Below, in pieces: positions 9,619 through 18,864 of a stretch of 64,000 nt of DNA; positions within the stretch are counted from its first letter, which is position 1, and each line of letters starts with the position of its first letter. This DNA comes from a virus, in IMG/VR virus record IMGVR_UViG_3300029049_000006, one strand, 5' to 3'. A program made the translations under genes and the position numbers. The notes under the pieces were generated by a model. The model worked only from the letters and a program-made list of their open reading frames with translations. It was not told the DNA's origin and made no database searches.

Positions 9619-10068
9619 ATGAAAAAGAACACATACGTAAGAACACGCCGTCAGGAGCCGCTGAATTCCGAAGTGAAGCAGCCGACCCCCAAAGAATTGG
9701 AAGACATCGCTACGCTGGCCCGCCAGTTTTATCAGCAGAACAAGATTAAAAATGCTGCTTCGACCAAGGAGCGTTCCATACGGTCCCGGCTTCTCTCCTT
9801 GTGCGTGGAAGCCGGGGTGAAGTCCCAGGAAGTGGACTGCATTACCGAAGATGGAACCAAGCTCGTGCTGTCTGTCACCGTGGCCCCAGGACAGAAAAGC
9901 GTTATTGACCTGGACACGCTGAAACGGCTCATTCCCGCAGAACTGTACGAAAAATGCCTGTCCGCCACCCAGTCGAAAGTGGAGGAAGTGGCCGGAAAGA
10001 GCATTGCACTGGCCGCGAGGCGCGTAGTGTCCACGGAAATGAACGTGTCCGTGTCCACGAAAAAGTAA
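9619..10068 (+). CDS. hypothetical protein
   Basis: 149 aa ATG ORF. No motifs recognised. Confidence 0.45.
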   Translation: MKKNTYVRTRRQEPLNSEVKQPTPKELEDIATLARQFYQQNKIKNAASTKERSIRSRLLSLCVEAGVKSQEVDCITEDGTKLVLSVTVAPGQKSVIDLDTLKRLIPAELYEKCLSATQSKVEEVAGKSIALAARRVVSTEMNVSVSTKK

Positions 10069-10088
10069 CTTTGGTTGGGCGAAAGGGC

Positions 10089-11108
10089 ATGAAAGAATCA
10101 AGCATTCGGGAAATCCTGGCCGAACTGGGCATAGATGCGGCCCATCTGTCTCCCACCGGCTGGCTAATCTGTTCATGCCCTTTTGCCCAGGCCACGCATC
10201 AATACGGGACTGACCGCAGGCCGTCTTTCGGCGTCAAGGTGGATTTGGAATCCCCCTCAGCGTATAAATGTTTCACATGCCACGAGCACGGACTGTTCAC
10301 CGGGCTTCCCATCCGGCTGGGCACGCTGCTGGGCGACCCCGGCATGTATAAGCAGGTCCGCAATCGGGCCGTGTTTCTGGAATCCGCCACCCTCCCTGAC
10401 TTTGATGAGGGAGTGGCCGCCCAAACGGTCGAATCTTTGAGGGTACTTGACGTGGCAATGCTTGACATTTACCCGTCGCCAATGGATTCGGAGGCTCCAC
10501 GGAAATACCTGCTTGAGCGCGGCGTTTCAGAGCACGCCGCCCTCGTCATGGATTTACGGTTTGACCCAAAAGAAAACCGAATTCTTTTCCCGCTGTTTTC
10601 CAGAGACCGGGAACTGCTTGGATTTTCAGGCCGGTCTATCCTGTCCCCGCTTCCGGACGATACGCCAAAGATAAAGACCTACGCCGGAGTGAAAACCGAC
10701 CGCTGCCTGCTGGGCATTCATCTGATTCCGCATCAGCCGGACGGCAAACCCATATTTGTGGTTGAGGGCTTGTTTGCGTACGCACATTTAATCTCCATTG
10801 GCGCCCGCAGATTCTGCCACCCGGTGGCCACCCTCGGATGCCACCTTTCATTTCCGCAGCGGGATATGCTGGCAATGCTGGGGCGGCCTGTGTTTCTTTG
10901 CTACGACGGTGACGTTGCGGGCACAATAGGATTGTTCGGAAAATGGAACCGGCAGGCTAAAAAGTTTATGGGTGACGGGGCGGTGGACAGATTGAAAGAC
11001 CATGTGCCCACGTTTGTCTGCAAGTACCCGGTGGGGCGTTCCGACCCTGATGATTTGAGGTTGTCGGACGTAACGCAGATGCTCGACAAGTGGAACACGG
11101 GCTATTGA
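10089..11108 (+). CDS. DnaG-type DNA primase (CHC2 zinc finger + TOPRIM)
   Basis: From ATG 10089: CSCPFAQATHQYGTDRRPSFGV....YKCFTCHEHG matches the CHC2 zinc finger (CPFHxExTPSF...CFGCG). TOPRIM-like FVVEGLFAYAH and LCYDGDVAG. The track ORF starts earlier (9954) in overlap with the upstream gene. Confidence 0.7.
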   Translation: MKESSIREILAELGIDAAHLSPTGWLICSCPFAQATHQYGTDRRPSFGVKVDLESPSAYKCFTCHEHGLFTGLPIRLGTLLGDPGMYKQVRNRAVFLESATLPDFDEGVAAQTVESLRVLDVAMLDIYPSPMDSEAPRKYLLERGVSEHAALVMDLRFDPKENRILFPLFSRDRELLGFSGRSILSPLPDDTPKIKTYAGVKTDRCLLGIHLIPHQPDGKPIFVVEGLFAYAHLISIGARRFCHPVATLGCHLSFPQRDMLAMLGRPVFLCYDGDVAGTIGLFGKWNRQAKKFMGDGAVDRLKDHVPTFVCKYPVGRSDPDDLRLSDVTQMLDKWNTGY

Positions 11109-11172
11109 TAGCCACTTCTAGCCTTTTTCTTTTATAGGACGTTATAACTTTTAATTTTTTTACTCTTTTTTC

Positions 11173-11269
11173 TTGCAATAAAAAAATATCATGCTTAATA
11201 TTTCATTGTTCCCATCATGGAACATCAGTAAAAAAACAATACTCCCATTGGAGACATTAAAAAAATAAT
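11173..11269 (+). promoter_or_regulatory. sigma70-like promoter upstream of the SSB gene
   Basis: TTGCAA-N17-TGCTTAATAT. AT-rich leader. No palindrome and no leader hairpin. Confidence 0.45.
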
Positions 11270-12295
11270 ATGAATACAAACCAACCATCACAGAGCGCAA
11301 GGCGCGGTAAATCCGCATTGGAGCAGGCCGCAAAAAGTCAGCAGCAGCAATTCAGCCGGCAGCGCATGCCGTTCAGGTTTTTCCTCCCCAAAGGCGGCGA
11401 GGCTAAAATCGTCATTCTTGATTATGCTTTTGCCACCGACGACGGAACCGGAAACGGGCTTGTCATCAAGGAGCATAATTTGAAAAAGCCTGACGGGACG
11501 TTCGGGGATTTTCAGCCCTGCACTTCGGAGCGCGGGCATTGTGATATTTGCGAAACCTATAAGAAAGAATTCGCCCCGTATTACGCCGTAGTCATGTCCA
11601 TTATTGACTGGCGGCCGTACACCAACAAAAACGGGGAGACCGTCCAAGGCTCCAAAAAGTTGCTGGTCATTAAAATGTGGCAGCGCGACAAGTGGTACGA
11701 GCTTCAAGAAGTCGCGTTCGCGCAGAACGGCAAGCGCGGCATGCGGGGCATGACCCTCCGGATGAAACGGAGTATGGACGCGAAGAGCAGCAGCATTGGC
11801 GAGCCTGTGGCGTTTACTTCCCCCGCATCAATGGCCGGGCGCATGTGCGGATTCATGTCGGAGGAAGCTATGTTGATACGATTTGGCGGGCAGGATATTG
11901 TTGGACGCGACGGCAAGGTCTATCAGAAGGCCGGAGACGGCATCAAGCCGTTCAACTACGACGAGCTTTTCCCGGAACCGGAACCCATCAATGAATTTTC
12001 CAACTCCAATTCCCGGTCTTCCGGTGATGCGGATTTTGGTGACGATGAAGACTTCGGTCAGGATTTGCAGGACGGTAACAGCGCGTCCGGAGATTTCGAC
12101 CCGGAAGATTTCCGCCCCTCGGCAGACCAGGACGGCGGGGAAGATTACCTTAACGCCGACGCGGATTTTGCCGGTGATGAAGATTTTGAGCAGGAGCCTC
12201 CCGCCCGCACCAGAGGACGTCGCGTGCCTGACCCGGAAGAACCGGGGCAGCCGGGCCAAAGCCAGGATGATTTCGATGACGACATCCCCATGTAG
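11270..12295 (+). CDS. single-stranded DNA-binding protein, gp32-like, with acidic SSB-like C-terminal tail
   Basis: 341 aa. His/Cys cluster CTSERGHCDIC (Zn site as in T4 gp32). Long acidic C-terminal region ending DDFDDDIPM, nearly identical to the bacterial SSB tip DFDDDIPF. Confidence 0.55.
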   Translation: MNTNQPSQSARRGKSALEQAAKSQQQQFSRQRMPFRFFLPKGGEAKIVILDYAFATDDGTGNGLVIKEHNLKKPDGTFGDFQPCTSERGHCDICETYKKEFAPYYAVVMSIIDWRPYTNKNGETVQGSKKLLVIKMWQRDKWYELQEVAFAQNGKRGMRGMTLRMKRSMDAKSSSIGEPVAFTSPASMAGRMCGFMSEEAMLIRFGGQDIVGRDGKVYQKAGDGIKPFNYDELFPEPEPINEFSNSNSRSSGDADFGDDEDFGQDLQDGNSASGDFDPEDFRPSADQDGGEDYLNADADFAGDEDFEQEPPARTRGRRVPDPEEPGQPGQSQDDFDDDIPM

Positions 12296-12323
12296 TCGCA
12301 ACCATTAACCTTACCTGCCGGAA

Positions 12324-13748
12324 ATGGACGCTATTTTATCTCAACTTTGCTGGATTCCAAAAATGCGGTTAACGCCGACACAGGAAGCGGAATTGATTTC
12401 CGACCTGACTATTTACCCACGGCTTTCCGGGTTTTCGGATGATGCAGCTCTGAAAAAGATTCAAACGTTCATTTCCGGCAAAACTTATATCGGCGTGCCG
12501 TGCTTTTACGGGCGGCAGTGGTGCGAGAAGCACCGCATTGCCATTAAGGATGACACGTCTTCCGGGTTTAACATTTCCCGGTACATCCGCAGGTTGCCCG
12601 ACCCGCATCATCCGTCCGCTTCCCAGGGGCAGGAAGAATTCTTTTCTTCCCTTCTGGAAACGGTTAAATCCAACAATACCGTTTTGGCGGAAGCCCCCAC
12701 CGGAAGCGGAAAAACCGTGACGGCGTTGAATGCCATTGGTCGCCTGGGGCGTTCCGCGCTGATAGTCGTCCCGAACGGTCCGCTGATGGAACAATGGAAA
12801 AAAGAGGCTATCCGGCATCTTGGACTGACCGAGGATGAAGTCGGCGTAATTGGCGGGGGCAAATCCGTTTGGAAGGACAAGCCGGTGGTGGTGGCTATCA
12901 TCCACAATATCTGCATGGCCTCCATGCCGGATGCGTTTTACCGGGCGTTCGGAATTACGGTATGGGATGAAGCCCACGTTGTGGGTGCGGAATGGTTTAG
13001 CCTGTCCACGCAGCACCTGCGTTCAAAATACCGGATTGCCATTACCGCCACCCCAAACCGTTCTGATGGGTGCATGCGAATTGTTACGGACGCATTCGGC
13101 CCCGTTGCCGTAAGGCATAGTGGGAACGCGGTTCCGCTGATTTACGCCCCGTTGAGTTACAATCTCCCGGCTAAACTGCGGGCCTGGGCTGACCGTGCCC
13201 AGGGTAAAGAGCTGTCCAGGGTGCTAAAGGCGTTGACCGCTGACCTGCCGCGTAATATTAAAATCGGGAGGCTGGCGCTTGCCGGATATAAAAAAAACCG
13301 TAATATACTGCTGATTTCCGACCGCATTTCCCATTTGGAGGCCATGCAGGGCATTTTAGTTCATCTCGGCATTCCGTCCGAACACATAGGCATGTTTTCC
13401 GGGGCGGTAAAGGGCGACAAGGACGTATCCGGGAAAAAAAAGTTGACCAAAAAACAAAAACTGGATGATGTGGTCAAAAATCCTAAATACCGGGTGATTC
13501 TGGCGACTTATGCAATGATGAAACTCGGCATTGATATTCCCCGGCTTGACATGGGAATCGACATCAGCCCGAAGAGTGAGGCCGTGCAGACTGTGGGGCG
13601 TATCAGAAGGCCGTTCCCGAATAAGCCGACTCCGGTCTGGTTTACGGTTGTCGATTCCAGCCGGAAATTCCAGGCCCTGTACCGCAGCCGGGAACGGGAA
13701 CTGCTGTCGAAGGGCAGCGTAGAAATAAGACCGATTAAAACTTTATGA
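12324..13748 (+). CDS. SF2 DEAD/DEAH-box helicase (UvsW/RAD25-like)
   Basis: Walker A LAEAPTGSGKTV. DEAH box VWDEAHVV. Helicase C-terminal domain. 474 aa. Confidence 0.75.
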   Translation: MDAILSQLCWIPKMRLTPTQEAELISDLTIYPRLSGFSDDAALKKIQTFISGKTYIGVPCFYGRQWCEKHRIAIKDDTSSGFNISRYIRRLPDPHHPSASQGQEEFFSSLLETVKSNNTVLAEAPTGSGKTVTALNAIGRLGRSALIVVPNGPLMEQWKKEAIRHLGLTEDEVGVIGGGKSVWKDKPVVVAIIHNICMASMPDAFYRAFGITVWDEAHVVGAEWFSLSTQHLRSKYRIAITATPNRSDGCMRIVTDAFGPVAVRHSGNAVPLIYAPLSYNLPAKLRAWADRAQGKELSRVLKALTADLPRNIKIGRLALAGYKKNRNILLISDRISHLEAMQGILVHLGIPSEHIGMFSGAVKGDKDVSGKKKLTKKQKLDDVVKNPKYRVILATYAMMKLGIDIPRLDMGIDISPKSEAVQTVGRIRRPFPNKPTPVWFTVVDSSRKFQALYRSRERELLSKGSVEIRPIKTL

Positions 13749-14290
13749 CATTAAGTGACACTAACAAAACTGCTGTTGAGGCCGGAGCCGGGAATGATTC
13801 TGCCCGGATTCCTGGCCGCAAAAAAAAATACGAGACAAAGCGTGAAATGCAGATAGCGAAAAACCGCTACCACAAAACGCTGACCTACAAAGTCAAAAAC
13901 CGGGCGCGGTATCATGTGGATTCCGACTACCGGGAATCGGTACGATTGCAAAACCGGAAAGCAAATGAGCGGAAGAAACGCATCATGCTGGCGCAGGCAG
14001 TCGTCCGGGGAGGGAAGTACCTGCGTGCGGTGATGAATGAACCGCCCATTGTCGTTGCCGGAGAAGAGCTGATAACAAGAAAAAGATTTTTGGAGTTAAT
14101 CAGCCGGTCATATCCAACCCTGGTACGGTGGAGGGCACACAGAAAATTTACCGTGGAGGAAGTGCATATTTCCGTGGTCCGGAACGGTCGAGTTGTCCCC
14201 CGTCTGGAACAGATAGCCTACCGGAAAAAAGATTTAATCCAATTCATCGATGCCAACCGTGAATATGTCGGACTGACGAAAACGAGCTAA
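13745..14290 (+). CDS. basic hypothetical protein
   Basis: 181 aa, rich in R/K. Start overlaps the upstream stop (ATGA). Confidence 0.45.
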   Translation: MTLSDTNKTAVEAGAGNDSARIPGRKKKYETKREMQIAKNRYHKTLTYKVKNRARYHVDSDYRESVRLQNRKANERKKRIMLAQAVVRGGKYLRAVMNEPPIVVAGEELITRKRFLELISRSYPTLVRWRAHRKFTVEEVHISVVRNGRVVPRLEQIAYRKKDLIQFIDANREYVGLTKTS

Positions 14291-14301
14291 CTCTTTTCCT
14301 A

Positions 14302-14318
14302 TTTGCAATGATTGCAAA
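14302..14318. repeat. intergenic palindrome, copy 4
   Basis: Perfect copy + T7. Confidence 0.9.
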
Positions 14319-14352
14319 TTTTTTTCGCAAAAACCAGAAACAGAAATAAACC

Positions 14353-14730
14353 ATGAGTCAAGAAACATCCAATCGTTCCAGAGCGTTGCCCCCGCAGGGA
14401 GGTTCCGCTATCGTAGAAACCGCCGTCACGCAGAACCGCGTTCCGGTAACGGGCGGCGCGCATTCCATGCCGCTGAATCCGTTGTACAATGATAACCGCC
14501 CGTCAAATAACCCGGCGTATGTGGCCGTCGGCGCGTCCTTGACGCTTCCGGGGCGGCAAATGTATTCATCCGTGAAAATTATGGCCACAGTCACCCTTCC
14601 GGCTTTTCCGGACGATGAATCCATTCAGGCTGCGGCGCAGGCCGCCGGAAATATGGCGGAAACGTTTTTATACGAAGAAGCCGACCGTTTTAAAGACTTT
14701 CTTCCGGAAGAAGGGAGGGGGCGTTGCTGA
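14353..14730 (+). CDS. hypothetical protein
   Basis: 125 aa ATG ORF, 30 nt after palindrome copy 4. Confidence 0.4.
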   Translation: MSQETSNRSRALPPQGGSAIVETAVTQNRVPVTGGAHSMPLNPLYNDNRPSNNPAYVAVGASLTLPGRQMYSSVKIMATVTLPAFPDDESIQAAAQAAGNMAETFLYEEADRFKDFLPEEGRGRC

Positions 14731-15956
14731 TGGCCGGGGAATCGCCAAAACGGTCGAGGTCGCAAAAAGCATCCGCCCCGGCGGGGCTGGCCGAACTGCG
14801 TGCCGACCTCGTGAAAGGCGGGCGTGGGCGGGCTATGGACGGCAGCCGCATCGGCGTAGATGACTGGATGATTCCCACGGGAATCTTCCACTTGGATTAC
14901 GCTTTTTTGGGCGGCATCCAGGAAGGCCAGGTGACGATGTTCCTGGGGCTTCCGTCCGCGCATAAAACGACTATCGCCCTGAAAACCATTGCCGGGCTGC
15001 ACCGGAAATACCCGGATAAATGGGCGGTGCTTGTGGATGCGGAAGACAACTACGACCAGAAATATTCACAGGATTTGGGCATTGATACCGACCGCCTGGA
15101 AGTCATCAAACCCTTTGACGGGCCTACCGCCGTTGATGCGCTGGAAGCCGCATTGCGCGTCCCGGAAGTAGGGCTTGTCGTGCTGGATTCCATCCCTGCC
15201 TGTTCCGGGATGCAGGTGCTTACCAAATCGGCGGAAGATGCGAGCGTGTCGGAATTGGCGACAATCATGAGCCGGATGGCAAGTAAAATCACCTCGACGC
15301 TGGTGACGGAAAAAGAAAAAGGGCATCTGGTGTCCGTTATTCTTTTAAATCAGTTCCGTTCTAAAATCGGCGTCATGTTCGGGAATCCGCTGACCAGCCC
15401 CGGAGGTTATTTTATCAACCACCTGGCGACGAGAAAAATCGTGTTCCGGTCAAAGTCCATTCTTCAAAGCACCAGCCTGGATGAAAAAGCGGAAGGAGTG
15501 GCCCAGATTTCTTTCACGGTGGAAAAATCAAAGTTCGGCGGTCCTGTCCGGGCTGGGGAATTTTTCATGTCGCATCTTCCGCAGGGCTACCCGGTGATGA
15601 ACCCGTCGGCAACCAAGGAAAGCACCCGCATCTGCGTCAACCGCCCCTATTTACAGGGGGAGGTGATTGAAGAGCCGCAGGTAGTCCAGCTGGCCGTGAA
15701 ATACGGGCTGCTTTCCGGCGCGGGGGCCAACATGTCCTGTCCGCTTGTCTCCCAGGAAAAGATGTCCAAGACGCAATGGATGCTGTGGCTTAGGGACCAC
15801 CCGGAAGAATCGGCTGTGCTCAAGGCAAACCTTGTCGCTCTGTACCGGGCGTACTCCAACCGCCAAACGGTTCCGGTTGACGGGTATCTGCTCGGAGTCG
15901 GAAAAGATAGGATTCTGCCGGAGGAAAGCCTCCGGAAGATTATCGCCAACATGTGA
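14730..15956 (+). CDS. RecA/UvsX-family recombinase
   Basis: Walker A [9 protein letters not shown] (RecA GPESSGKTT). VVLDSIPAC (RecA IVVDSVAAL). [23 protein letters not shown] closely parallels RecA [23 protein letters not shown]. First ATG at 14730 (the track starts at TTG 14724). Confidence 0.8.
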   Translation: [408 protein letters not shown]

Positions 15957-15968
15957 GGTGGGGGGGGT

Positions 15969-16328
15969 ATGAAACAACCAAAACGTTTAGGGGTTTTGAC
16001 GCAGAGCCGGGCCTATAACCACGCCCCGGTACAGGAGCGGGAAGCCGCGAAAAGGCTTGGCGGGCGTACCACTCCGGCATCCGGCTCCCTCCGGGAAAAA
16101 GGTGATGTGCGTGTTTCCGGCATTCTTCGTTTGGAGTGTAAGGCGACTTCAAAAAAATCGTTTTCCGTCACCAGGGACATGGTGCGGAAAATCACGGAAG
16201 CCGGAGAACTTTCCGGGGAGCTGCCCGCCATTGAAATTGAGTTTCTTCCCTTGGCCGGGCAATTTCACGGGAGGGTTGCCGTTGTTCCGGCATACGTTCT
16301 GAATCAACTTGTTACCGGGGAAAAATAG
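15969..16328 (+). CDS. putative Holliday-junction resolvase, Hjc-like PD-(D/E)xK
   Basis: 119 aa. GSLREKGDV....LECKATSKKSFSVTRDMVRKITE....PAIEIEF resembles archaeal Hjc (GSSAERE..DI..LSIECKST...V....V.KL....PLIAIKF). Confidence 0.4.
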   Translation: MKQPKRLGVLTQSRAYNHAPVQEREAAKRLGGRTTPASGSLREKGDVRVSGILRLECKATSKKSFSVTRDMVRKITEAGELSGELPAIEIEFLPLAGQFHGRVAVVPAYVLNQLVTGEK

Positions 16329-16329
16329 C

Positions 16330-17286
16330 ATGGATAAGCAACAATTACTTCGCCGCCTTGGCTGGGAGCGTTCCCAGCCTCGGATAACCGTATCGGAAGC
16401 GGCGCATCCGACACAGGGGCCGTCGTCATCATTGGGGAGGGTTGACCTCCCCTCGGCGATTTCCGGAACGGTCGAACTTGAATCGCTGTCCGATATTTTG
16501 AACCGGGCCAGCAGGCAGCTTCACGAGTCTGAAAGGGTGCATGCGGATTGCCTGCACGTATCAAGTCTGATAGGCGATTATTTATGCCCCCGCCGGATTT
16601 GGCTTGCGAGGCATCACCACCTCACGGCTGTCAGCCGGGTCAGCCCCGCAATGAAAATTGTGTGGGACATGGGCCGGGCATGCGAAAAAACTGTCCGCGA
16701 TTTGCTGATTGCCGGAATGGGCCGGTCAAGAGTTCTTGGAAAGTGGTCATGTGCGTGCGGAAAAACGTCGCACGTCGGACAGGGTCAGGAAATTCATTGC
16801 AGTATCTGCGATACCGACTGCGCTATTTATGGCGAAGCTGACCTGTACTATTCGCCGCTAAAGATTTTCGGGCATTCCGATTTTATTTATCTGGACGAAA
16901 ACCGGAACGTCAATGTCGTGGAGATTAAATCCATCAATAAATCCGACTGGCTTGCATTATCGGAGCCGAAGCGTGACCACGTTGCCCAGGTCTCCATGTA
17001 TTACTTTATGCTGCGGGAGTCGATGGGGCAGGAGCGCATGTATCCGGGTGCGCAGATTATTTATGTGTGCAAGGATTACATTACGCGGCAAATGCCGTGG
17101 AAGTGCTACACCGTCCCGCAGGGAACCTGTGAAGCCGTATCCGAAGAGGTTTTACGCACGGCAACCGCAGTCCAGAGCGGATACGCTCCCGCCTGCCCGC
17201 CCCGGCTGATGTGCTGCACGTCGCCGGATTGCCTCACGTCCCGAAATTGTATTGCATGCGCCGTTTGTTTTATGCACAATGATTAA
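16330..17286 (+). CDS. PD-(D/E)xK nuclease with C-terminal Cys cluster (Cas4/RecB-like)
   Basis: ATG 16330. GHSDFIYLDE...VNVVEIKS gives a D..D/ExK core. C-terminal CPPRLMCCTSPDCLTSRNCIACAVC is a possible Fe-S or Zn site. Confidence 0.4.
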   Translation: MDKQQLLRRLGWERSQPRITVSEAAHPTQGPSSSLGRVDLPSAISGTVELESLSDILNRASRQLHESERVHADCLHVSSLIGDYLCPRRIWLARHHHLTAVSRVSPAMKIVWDMGRACEKTVRDLLIAGMGRSRVLGKWSCACGKTSHVGQGQEIHCSICDTDCAIYGEADLYYSPLKIFGHSDFIYLDENRNVNVVEIKSINKSDWLALSEPKRDHVAQVSMYYFMLRESMGQERMYPGAQIIYVCKDYITRQMPWKCYTVPQGTCEAVSEEVLRTATAVQSGYAPACPPRLMCCTSPDCLTSRNCIACAVCFMHND

Positions 17287-17310
17287 ACATTAAAGATAGA
17301 TAGACGATTT

Positions 17311-17538
17311 ATGTTTTCACAGCCAGTATCCCCCGCCGTAGTCCGTACTTGCCGGATGTACGGAGTTCCTGAGGCCCTTGCCCCGATATGCCGGAATTTG
17401 ACGAAGACGGGAATCAAAAAATTAGGAAGAGCGTATAAGGATTATACCGTCAAATGCGGAGCTGACCTGACCTGCGCTGATGCCAGCAACTGGGGCGGAA
17501 CCGTCATGCGAATCTTACGTGATTACCGGAAAAAATGA
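17311..17538 (+). CDS. small hypothetical protein
   Basis: 75 aa ATG ORF between the nuclease and RuvC. Confidence 0.35.
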   Translation: MFSQPVSPAVVRTCRMYGVPEALAPICRNLTKTGIKKLGRAYKDYTVKCGADLTCADASNWGGTVMRILRDYRKK

Positions 17539-18104
17539 ACATCCTCGGCATTGACCCGTCCCTGACTGCTACCGGGCTTTATTTGCGGGAAACCGGGCTT
17601 ATGGCCGCCCCGGAATCCACGCTGATTGCCCCAAAAAATTTGAGGGACATGGAGCGGCTGTGTTTTATCCGCGACTTCCTTCTCGGATTCATCAACAGAG
17701 ACCGGGCGTTTTCTCCTGAATTGGCAGTCATTGAAGGGTATGCAATGGGAGCGAAAACCCATACACATGACCTCGGCGAAGCCGGGGCTATGCTGAAAAC
17801 TGCGGTTTACGAGGCGGGAATTGACCTGCTGATAGTCCCGCCCGCCACGCTGAAAAAGTTCATCACGGGAAGCGGGAACAGCAAAAAACAGGTGATGATG
17901 GTGGAAGCGCTTTCCCGGTATCATGTCAAAATTACCGATGATAATATTTGTGATGCGTTCTGCCTGACACATTTTGGGGAAGCCTGGTACGCGGCTAATG
18001 CTTTTGGCCGTACAGCGGGAAAAATCGGCATCACAAAAAGCCAGTATGCCTGCCTGTCCGCCGCCCGGCTGGTTCCTGGCCGCAAACGGTCGTCTCGGAG
18101 ATAA
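17535..18104 (+). CDS. RuvC-like Holliday junction resolvase
   Basis: ILGIDPSLTATG. AVIEGYAMGAKTHTHDLGEAGAMLKTAV. KKQVMMVE. NICDAFCL. Follows the RuvC pattern (ILGIDPG..G, AxEx.F, QVQxMV, DAADAL). Confidence 0.8.
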   Translation: MNILGIDPSLTATGLYLRETGLMAAPESTLIAPKNLRDMERLCFIRDFLLGFINRDRAFSPELAVIEGYAMGAKTHTHDLGEAGAMLKTAVYEAGIDLLIVPPATLKKFITGSGNSKKQVMMVEALSRYHVKITDDNICDAFCLTHFGEAWYAANAFGRTAGKIGITKSQYACLSAARLVPGRKRSSRR

Positions 18105-18131
18105 CCGGCTGCCGGTTTTTCCTTTTTCCAA

Positions 18132-18148
18132 TTTGCAATCATTGCAAA
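18132..18148. repeat. intergenic palindrome, copy 5
   Basis: Perfect copy + T7 after the RuvC stop. Confidence 0.9.
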
Positions 18149-18176
18149 TTTTTTTCGCTGATTGTGTAATTTTATC

Positions 18177-18273
18177 TTGCAATTTCTAAAAAATAATGCT
18201 AAATTACATTCATCAAAGGGAGGGAATCCCTGAGAGAAAAAACCTAAAAACCTAAAAAACCTGTTAGACTAAA
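18177..18273 (+). promoter_or_regulatory. sigma70-like promoter + structured leader
   Basis: TTGCAATTTCTAAAAAATAATGCTAAATT. Leader CATCAAAGGGAGGGAATCCCTGAGAG, then an AACCTAAAAACCT tract. Confidence 0.6.
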
Positions 18274-18861
18274 ATGAATGCGATTGAAACCATGAGCCAG
18301 AAAGAGCTGAAAGAATATTACGCCGCTCTCACTTGCGGGGAAGGAACCAAGGCGGCTAAATGGACTATATCCGGTGCTTTTGAGATTGTAAAATTGTCTG
18401 ACGGAAAACTTTATAAAATAGAAAAGCACCAGCTGGAAACTTCCTTCTGCTTTGGCTACGACGTAACGGAAGAATCGGAACGCCGCGCGGATTCCCTGGC
18501 AGCGGACGCTAAAACTTATGAGGCGTTTTTGGCCGCCAATCTGGAAACCATAGCGCGGGACATTAACCGGCTGGAAAAGGCTATCGCCAATGGCAATACA
18601 CCGCAGTTCGACGGCACGAAAGCCTTCTACTCCTGCAACGCTTATGTCAACGGACCAGATACGGCGGTATGCGTATTTTTCATGAACTGGATGAACGATT
18701 TCCGGGGTATGGAAAACACACACCTTACTTCCGTGTCCGACCTTGAGCTGATTATTGCCGCCTTGAAGCGCAAGGCGGAAAACGTCCGGAAGCGTTGCCT
18801 TTCCTACTGGAAAAAATACGGGGCCAGCAAGCTTAATGTCTGGACGTATTACCGTGATTGA
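18274..18861 (+). CDS. hypothetical early protein
   Basis: 195 aa, behind a promoter-leader module. N-terminus MNAIETMSQ is similar to the 20062 gene. Confidence 0.5.
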   Translation: MNAIETMSQKELKEYYAALTCGEGTKAAKWTISGAFEIVKLSDGKLYKIEKHQLETSFCFGYDVTEESERRADSLAADAKTYEAFLAANLETIARDINRLEKAIANGNTPQFDGTKAFYSCNAYVNGPDTAVCVFFMNWMNDFRGMENTHLTSVSDLELIIAALKRKAENVRKRCLSYWKKYGASKLNVWTYYRD

Positions 18862-18864
18862 ACA

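Noticed and set aside
18210-18225. AGGGAGG in the leaders as Shine-Dalgarno sequences for short leader peptides
   Set aside because: No ATG, GTG or TTG at 5-10 nt downstream in any copy. The element instead forms the 5' arm of a covarying hairpin.
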